Shown here: positions 48,251 to 53,869 of the stretch, piece after piece
How the letters are laid out: each line of letters starts with the position of its first letter
Numbering within the stretch: position 1 is the first letter of the stretch
Virus record (IMG/VR): IMGVR_UViG_3300028410_000014
Location: 1-53,869 of that record
Length of the DNA: 53,869 nucleotides
Strand: one strand, 5' to 3'
Origin: a virus
Lineage: Duplodnaviria > Caudoviricetes
Notes under the pieces: generated by a model
The model's database searches: none
The model's input: the letters and a program-made list of their open reading frames with translations, nothing else
What the model was told of the DNA's origin: nothing
Translations under genes and position numbers: made by a program

Positions 48251-49435
48251 TTAGGAATGGAATACCGGCAGAATGCCCAGAGACAACGCTGAGGCTGACT
48301 TACGCTTCCAGGTACCGGTGGTGCTAGAAAGGGCATCAGTCGCGGCTGTCATTGCCACACCTGTACCACTTTCAACCACATAGCGGTAAGCTTCATCAGA
48401 CGGGAACGCTTCTTCATTACCCACCCAATCGTAACCGGCAGGAGCAAGAACGTAGCCCCAACGACGCCAGATAGTGGTTGTACCACCACCTTTGTAGGAA
48501 CTGGCATTACGATCAATTTCGGTAGGCTCAGGAACCATCAAGCTCTCCATAGCAACAGCGCCGGGGAGTACAATGAAGGAGGTCTTGGTACCTACGAGAT
48601 CTACGCCTGCACCTGTGTTGACTTTTGTCAATTCAGCTGAGGTCAAGCCTTGAGCTGCACGAGTCTGAATCAAGCGCAATTTGCCTTGAAAGATCGTGTT
48701 AAACTCAATGCTGCCATCGGTTACACGGTCAGCGTCAACAAGGTTTGCTGAACGCAGGCTGGCAATCACTTCCGGGGAAGTAATCAGGTAGGCAAACGGA
48801 GGCTCGTAGTCTTTGTAAGCCATGCCCATTGCCAGCAAGAAAGCTTCAGCGCGTTGAGCGCCTTGGCTTGAACTGGTGGGGGTGCTTACCAGCTTGGACG
48901 CGCCAAGATCCACGTAGAAGCCGTTGCGCAGTTCAGTTGGATCGTTTTCAAAGCTTTGTCCACCAAGACCTGCAGAGCCGGAACCGGAGGCAGCGCCCAT
49001 AAGTACTTCAGACAGAGCAACACCTTTCAGCACAGCAAGAATGCCGTTGTGCTCGTCTTGGCCTTGAGTCTCGCCAAAGTCACGACCGATCTTAGCCAGA
49101 CCATCAATCTGTGTTACCACTTGCTGCATGTTTACTTTCTTTGCACCGTTGGTACGCACAGTCTTGATATACTTCATGTAGTCAGAGCTGTAGCTTGTTA
49201 CAGTACCGTCAGTGGCGTCTGTCAAAGATGCGACGTTGATAGTCGGGTTTAAAGGCTTGTGCCAGCGCATTTGGCCAACAAAAGTCTCTGTGTTAACATC
49301 AATCAGTGGGTTACCACCGACGATGCCTGTGCCAGACAGCTTACGCGCATTTGTGTATGCTTCGTCAGAGTATGCAGAAAGAACTTCTTGCAATACTTCA
49401 TTGCTGGCACCGGCCAGGTTTGTATTTACGGGCAT
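48251..49435 (-). CDS. major capsid protein
   Basis: 394 aa between scaffold and adaptor; E..R....GGG.T....RWGYV..P.GY.W. Confidence 0.85.
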   Translation of the reverse strand: MPVNTNLAGASNEVLQEVLSAYSDEAYTNARKLSGTGIVGGNPLIDVNTETFVGQMRWHKPLNPTINVASLTDATDGTVTSYSSDYMKYIKTVRTNGAKKVNMQQVVTQIDGLAKIGRDFGETQGQDEHNGILAVLKGVALSEVLMGAASGSGSAGLGGQSFENDPTELRNGFYVDLGASKLVSTPTSSSQGAQRAEAFLLAMGMAYKDYEPPFAYLITSPEVIASLRSANLVDADRVTDGSIEFNTIFQGKLRLIQTRAAQGLTSAELTKVNTGAGVDLVGTKTSFIVLPGAVAMESLMVPEPTEIDRNASSYKGGGTTTIWRRWGYVLAPAGYDWVGNEEAFPSDEAYRYVVESGTGVAMTAATDALSSTTGTWKRKSASALSLGILPVFHS

Positions 49436-49444
49436 AATTTTTCC

Positions 49445-50089
49445 TTATTTCTTACGTAATGTCCCCGCTTGTGCCCGCTTAATGATTTCATCTTGTGAAA
49501 GACTAAACATTGATTCAGGCTTGCTGCTGGGTGACGAAGGTTTGATGGTTGTCGTTCCCGCACCGCTTGACTCTTTAGACTTGAAAAGGAATGAGTTCTC
49601 ATCATCTTGCGCAAAAGTAGTGACAAAGGAAGTCAGGGCTGCGCCTGTTTTGTGTTTCCACACTCCATTCTCATCTTGCACAAGCTCACCGACAATTTCT
49701 TCAAATGCCATTTTACGAGACTTTTCGCCACGGAATTCAAGGCCAGACAAAAGGCTGTTGACTTCCATATTTCGGGTCAGTTCAACAATCTTCTTATCTT
49801 TTACACTATCTTTTGCTTTCAGCTCATCAAGTTCACTTTTAAGAGCTTCGGCTTCTAAGCCTTGGTCACGGAGTCTGGCGCGTTCTGCTTCCTTGATTGC
49901 CTGCTCTTGTTCAGCAGCCTTTGCGAGGGCGGCATCACGCTTGGCATATGCGTCATTCAACTTCTCTTTCATCGGTGCAAGTGCTGCGTCTATTGCCGCC
50001 TGCAGAACATCTGCGGGGATTTCAACGGGAGGCACAACCGGAGGTGTCACCGGTGGCACGATTTCATCATCTAGCGGTAGGTCTGACAT
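49445..50089 (-). CDS. capsid scaffolding protein
   Basis: Pro-rich N-terminus, coiled coil, FLFK....SG.G; GAGGA before ATG at 50089. Confidence 0.8.
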   Translation of the reverse strand: MSDLPLDDEIVPPVTPPVVPPVEIPADVLQAAIDAALAPMKEKLNDAYAKRDAALAKAAEQEQAIKEAERARLRDQGLEAEALKSELDELKAKDSVKDKKIVELTRNMEVNSLLSGLEFRGEKSRKMAFEEIVGELVQDENGVWKHKTGAALTSFVTTFAQDDENSFLFKSKESSGAGTTTIKPSSPSSKPESMFSLSQDEIIKRAQAGTLRKK

Positions 50090-50138
50090 AAAATCCTCTG
50101 AGTACAACTCATTTTTTGAAGCACAGCTTCTTTAACAT

Positions 50139-50162
50139 AAAAAGCGAGGCAATTTGCCCCGC
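50139..50162 (-). terminator. intrinsic terminator-like hairpin in the scaffold leader
   Basis: GCGGGGCA-AAT-TGCCTCGC followed by TTTTT. Confidence 0.65.
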
Positions 50163-50279
50163 CAATGTGATATTCATAGGAGAATAGTCTCATTATTTTA
50201 GATTCAAAAGAATCAATAACAACGAGACGAGAACTCTAGAGAGTCCTCTCTCAGTGTCGTCAAGTGTCAACACTTTCCT

Positions 50280-50292
50280 TTAATTTAACGGG
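50280..50292 (-). promoter_or_regulatory. candidate phage RNAP promoter, class 2
   Basis: CCCGTTAAATTAA upstream of the structural module. Confidence 0.65.
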
Positions 50293-50334
50293 TTCGTTTA
50301 ATGTTATGTGAAAGTGATGTTAATACATTATTTA

Positions 50335-53300
50335 TTAACCGACGCCATACCAAGCGCGGTCTTTAGTGAAGCCTTCAGGGATCTTCTCTAAAATATCTAA
50401 AGCCTTAAGTATGTCATCATCTGTAAGCAATTTCCCACCTACGCGTGACCTACCGGCTACAGGTATCAAACCTATGTCAATAGCTTCTTCCCTGAACTTG
50501 TTGTAGACTTCCCTGGGTAGACCTCGTTTAAGCATTTCTTTCAGTGTCATCTCAATGACATTGTCTTTGAGAACTTCTGCGTATATTTCACGAAGCCCTT
50601 CTCGTGCTTGTGTCATGACTGCTGCGTTAGCGAAGAACGCATCATGTATAGTGCTTGTTGGAACATTGTTCTTCTTGCCCCATAAGTGAAACTTCTTTAC
50701 GATAACTGCGTCATTGGAGTGATTCGTTGTGTTAAGAGGAAGGCGTGACGTTCCTCCGTCCTATAAATTCAACTTTGCAAATTCACCGTGATGTACTTTA
50801 GCCATTTCATCATATGTGCCTGCAGCTTCAAGCTCACTTTCAAATTGAATTTATAGAATCCTACATGTTACCATGCAGACCAGACTATATCTTACATCCA
50901 TTGTGGACGTCTCCGCGCTTCGAACTCACTTGAGCTCTACAAGTCTCATATCCCGTTTTGGGATGTACACTCTAGTCGTTGCACCTTCAAACCCATTCCT
51001 GGGTAAGCTTGGCTCAGGATTGTCCACTTGGGAGTTCCCCTGAATTCACGGAGTTTTATAACGGCAATTACTTACCGTTTACTGCGTAGGCTGTCCTGGC
51101 TCTTGTGGCATCAGCAATATCATTTATCTTACCTGACTCACCTGTTGCAACATCCCACCACCCGGCCTCAGTCTTCTGATCCACTTGCACTATGCTGGTG
51201 ATCATCTTGCCGTTCTTGTCACGATACATCAGCTTCTCTTCAAACGACTGCGTGAAGTTCTGCTCTATTGTCTTACCGTCAAAGTTCACCCAAGGCACAT
51301 TTGTCCAACTCTTCGGGAGCTTATTGGCGTAAAGCAATTCAACACCGTCTGAGATTGTCTTTCCGAGAAACTTACGCTTTAATATGACAGTACCTGTTCT
51401 GCGATTGCCTGACGGGTCACTTCCGAAGATGATCTCTGACATTGCGTTCATCTTGTTCCAAAAAGGAAGCCTCTCAACAAAGTCTTTGAGATATAACTTA
51501 CTGGGATCAAGTCCCAAGGCGGAAGCCACACCAGTAGGGAGCTTGGTGCCTTTTCTCACACTGCCTACAGTTGCCGCTTTAAATATCTCCTTGAAGTCAA
51601 ACGCGGCTGAGGACGGCTTAGCGTTTGTGAGATACGCCTGTGCCAACCTGCCAAAGAACTTTGTGAAGTCCTTAAGTATAGGCACCTGTTCAGACAGCTG
51701 CGCAGACATGATCTTTGCGATTGTCTTAAAGTCATCAGGTGTGACTACTTTGTTGTAACTGCGTGACATCTTCTCCACAAGATCTTTTGTCTGAGAGTCA
51801 AGGAACCACAACTGATCCATTATGTCAACACCGGGATCTGTGCCTTTATTGAACACATCTCGGACGTCTGTGCGAAGTGCCCTCAAACGTGCTGCCATCT
51901 CAGGATCAAAGCGATCATATCTGGCGGCTCTGGCAGAGATCTCATTCAGCACTGTGTCCCGATCAGCTGCTTTTACAACCAATGTGTCACCGTATTTTCC
52001 CAGAGCTTTACCTAACTTACCTTCGACATTGAATATGCCGGTCTTCTCACCAGCGCCGTATAAAGTACTGTTATTAACTAAGGTCGCTAAGCTTAGCCAG
52101 ACAAAGTGCCTGCTGCATGTCGCCATGCAGATTAGACTATATCTTACATCCATTGTGGATGTCTCCGCGCTTTGAGCTCGCTTGAGCCCTACGGGTTTCA
52201 TAACCAGTTAAGGTCGTTTACCCTAGTCGTTGAACCTTCAAATGTGTTTCCACATGAGCTTGGCTGCTGATTATCTCTTAGAGACGTCCCAGCAATTCAC
52301 GGAGTTTATACATGGCCACTTTAACCATGTTTTGCATTACGTTAAACACAAGCGCTACCCTGTGCTGGCTTTCACCCTGCATGTCGCCATGCAGATCAGA
52401 CTATATCATCACCTGTTTAGGTGTCCTGCGCTTCGGATTCGCTTGAACCCTACGGACTTCATCTGCCGTTCTGGCCGGTATGCCCTAGTCGTTGCACCTT
52501 CAAGTCCCTTCCGGGACGAGCTTGGCTCAGGATTGTCTCAAAGAGATGTCCCCTGAATTCACAGGATTTTAAAAGGCCCAATTTAAGCCTTTGCTGCCTT
52601 ACGTAAGTCGCGTTCTGTCAAGCCTAACCTCTCATTCAGCTCCCTAAACACAGGATCATTGAATGTTGCTGCAGCTATTTCATCGTACCTTTGCTTTCAA
52701 CTATAATCGTTACATATAGCCGGTTCTCTGATGAACTCCTATATGTCGCCATATAGACAAGACTATATCATCACCTTCATAGGTGTCCCGAGCTTCGAGC
52801 TCACTTGAGCCCTACGGATTTCATCCACCGTTCTGGCGGGTATATCCTAGTCGTTGAACCTTCAAACCCATTCCTGGGTAAGCTTGGCTGCTGATTATCT
52901 CTTAGAGACGTCCCAGCAATTCACGGGATTTTACAAGGCCGTACAGCCTTCGCTTCTGATTTGTGGGAACTACGTTAGAAAGCTCCGCCAACTGTTTGTT
53001 GCGGGTTGTCAAGGCAATGATCTGAGCACCTGACGAAGAAGCATCCTGCTCCAGGGCGAGTCCTGTTTTGTAGTTTACAAGGTTGTTTAGAGATTCTTTA
53101 GAATAGAAGTCAGTTAAGGCTACACTTCGCATGTCTTTGTCAGTTAAATACTGTACATTTAATATTCTGTTAGACTTAATGGCTGACTGTATTCGGTGCA
53201 ATCCATCTACAATCACTTGACGCCCGTTTGTCTCCCAGATCAAGACAGGTGCATTCATATCAGGTGGCGTATTGCGTACTTCTAGCTTAGTATTGACTTG

Positions 53301-53869
53301 TGGACTTTTTTCTAGTGACTTTGCATCTAACTTATATACAGGGCGCTTTAAATTAAAGAGAGCGTCAACTTGGTATAGTACACCGTTTCTTGAAAAAGTA
53401 TTACCTACAGGTTGTTTCAAGAAGTCATCTATCTTTGAAGTCTCAATGGCGAACCTGAAAAACTTCCCCAACTCTTCCGCGTCAATGCTTTGCACAATAT
53501 CCATTTCAAGAATAGCGCGAATGTCTCCGGGCTTATTCCTGCGCATATGGTTGCCAATCTTAATCATATCAGGCCGAAACTTTTCAGCTATTTTCTGGCG
53601 TCCTGTGATAGTCAGTGAGCTGAAACGCCCTTCAAACTTCTCGTCAAGCCCACCCAAGAAAGCACCCACCTGATCCTGAAAATTCTCAAATGCGTCTTTG
53701 CTGAAGGCGTAATCTTCGGCGGTGTTAAGGAATGGACGAAATGTCTCACCACTTTGCGGACCTATCAGGCCTCTATCGTAGATTCGTGCACGATGGTCAA
53801 TGAAAGGGTTGTTGGAAAACGCAGTGTCATCTTTCCTCAACCACTCCATAGCCTTGAATCGCTCATAAG
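50335..53869 (-). CDS. second T7-family RNA polymerase (probable virion RNAP), 5' end outside window, five exons: 53869-52945, 52688-52586, 52334-52324, 52067-51074, 50724-50335
   Basis: Joined exons give one frame with DHRARIY, QDASSSGAQ (A), RKAAKA|QNMV|TLYG (B), VNG|NHSND and TIHDAF (C); 800 aa from Met at 53849, frame open to the window edge. Confidence 0.92.
50725..51073 (-). mobile_element. group I intron 4 (349 nt) with homing-endonuclease relic
   Basis: P1 AACGGU/GCCGUU with U-G; core CAACGACUAG and AAGAUAUAGUC; terminal G; removal joins VNG to NHSND. Confidence 0.92.
50761..50844 (-). pseudogene. AP2-domain C-terminal fragment of a lost HNH-AP2 homing endonuclease
   Basis: FESELEAAGTYDEMAKVHHGEFAKLNL* with no start or nuclease domain, inside intron 4. 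Confidence 0.72.
52068..52323 (-). mobile_element. group I intron 3 (256 nt)
   Basis: P1 ACAUGGU/GCCAUGU; 7-bp P10 UAAAGUG/UACUUUA; conserved core; terminal G. Confidence 0.93.
52335..52585 (-). mobile_element. group I intron 2 (251 nt)
   Basis: P1 AAAGGCU/GGCCUUU; starts with in-frame UAA; conserved core; terminal G. Confidence 0.92.
52689..52944 (-). mobile_element. group I intron 1 (256 nt)
   Basis: P1 AAGGCU/GGCCUU closing GUAC loop; conserved core; terminal G; removal gives RRL-YDEIAA. Confidence 0.92.

Noticed and set aside
50860-52935. Four imperfect ~200-bp repeats read as a CRISPR-like or RT-associated repeat array
   Set aside because: Irregular spacing, group I core motifs, and exact restoration of the RNAP frame explain them as introns.
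66-53673. Plus-strand ORFs in the track, including 49212-50135, 20175-20858, 43699-44376 and 37327-37953
   Set aside because: They are antisense shadows of well-supported minus-strand genes and carry no recognisable motifs.
50335-53849. RNAP pseudogene or three separate genes (ORFs 50335-50616, 51068-52201, 52902-53849)
   Set aside because: All catalytic motifs are intact after splicing. The first ~44 aa of ORF 51068-52201 and the last ~13 aa of ORF 52902-53849 are intron read-through.
1-53869. tRNA genes, CRISPR array, integrase, holin/spanin next to the endolysin
   Set aside because: None recognised by eye; a tRNA scan and the rest of the genome would be needed to exclude them.

Overview
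A 54-kb piece of a tailed dsDNA phage genome. The long tape measure, tube and tail-tip genes with no sheath gene in the window indicate siphovirus morphology. Essentially every credible gene is on the minus strand. In transcription order (right to left) the window carries: (1) the C-terminal ~800 aa of a T7-family single-subunit RNA polymerase, probably virion-packaged, that is split into five exons by four related, ORF-less group I introns, including an 11-nt exon inside catalytic motif B; (2) scaffold, capsid, head-tail, tail, 2866-aa tape measure, tail-tip and endolysin genes; (3) two 33-bp repeated promoter candidates ahead of small early genes and a second, intact T7-like RNA polymerase; (4) a replication module with SSB, family A DNA polymerase with unusual active-site residues, 5'-3' exonuclease, intein-containing primase-helicase and ATP-dependent ligase; (5) about 13 kb of small accessory genes that include a 634-aa reverse transcriptase (YIDD) with no adjacent ncRNA or template repeat. 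The intron splice sites were derived by hand from P1/P10 pairing and restoration of the reading frame. Protein family calls rest on motif recognition only; no database searches were run.
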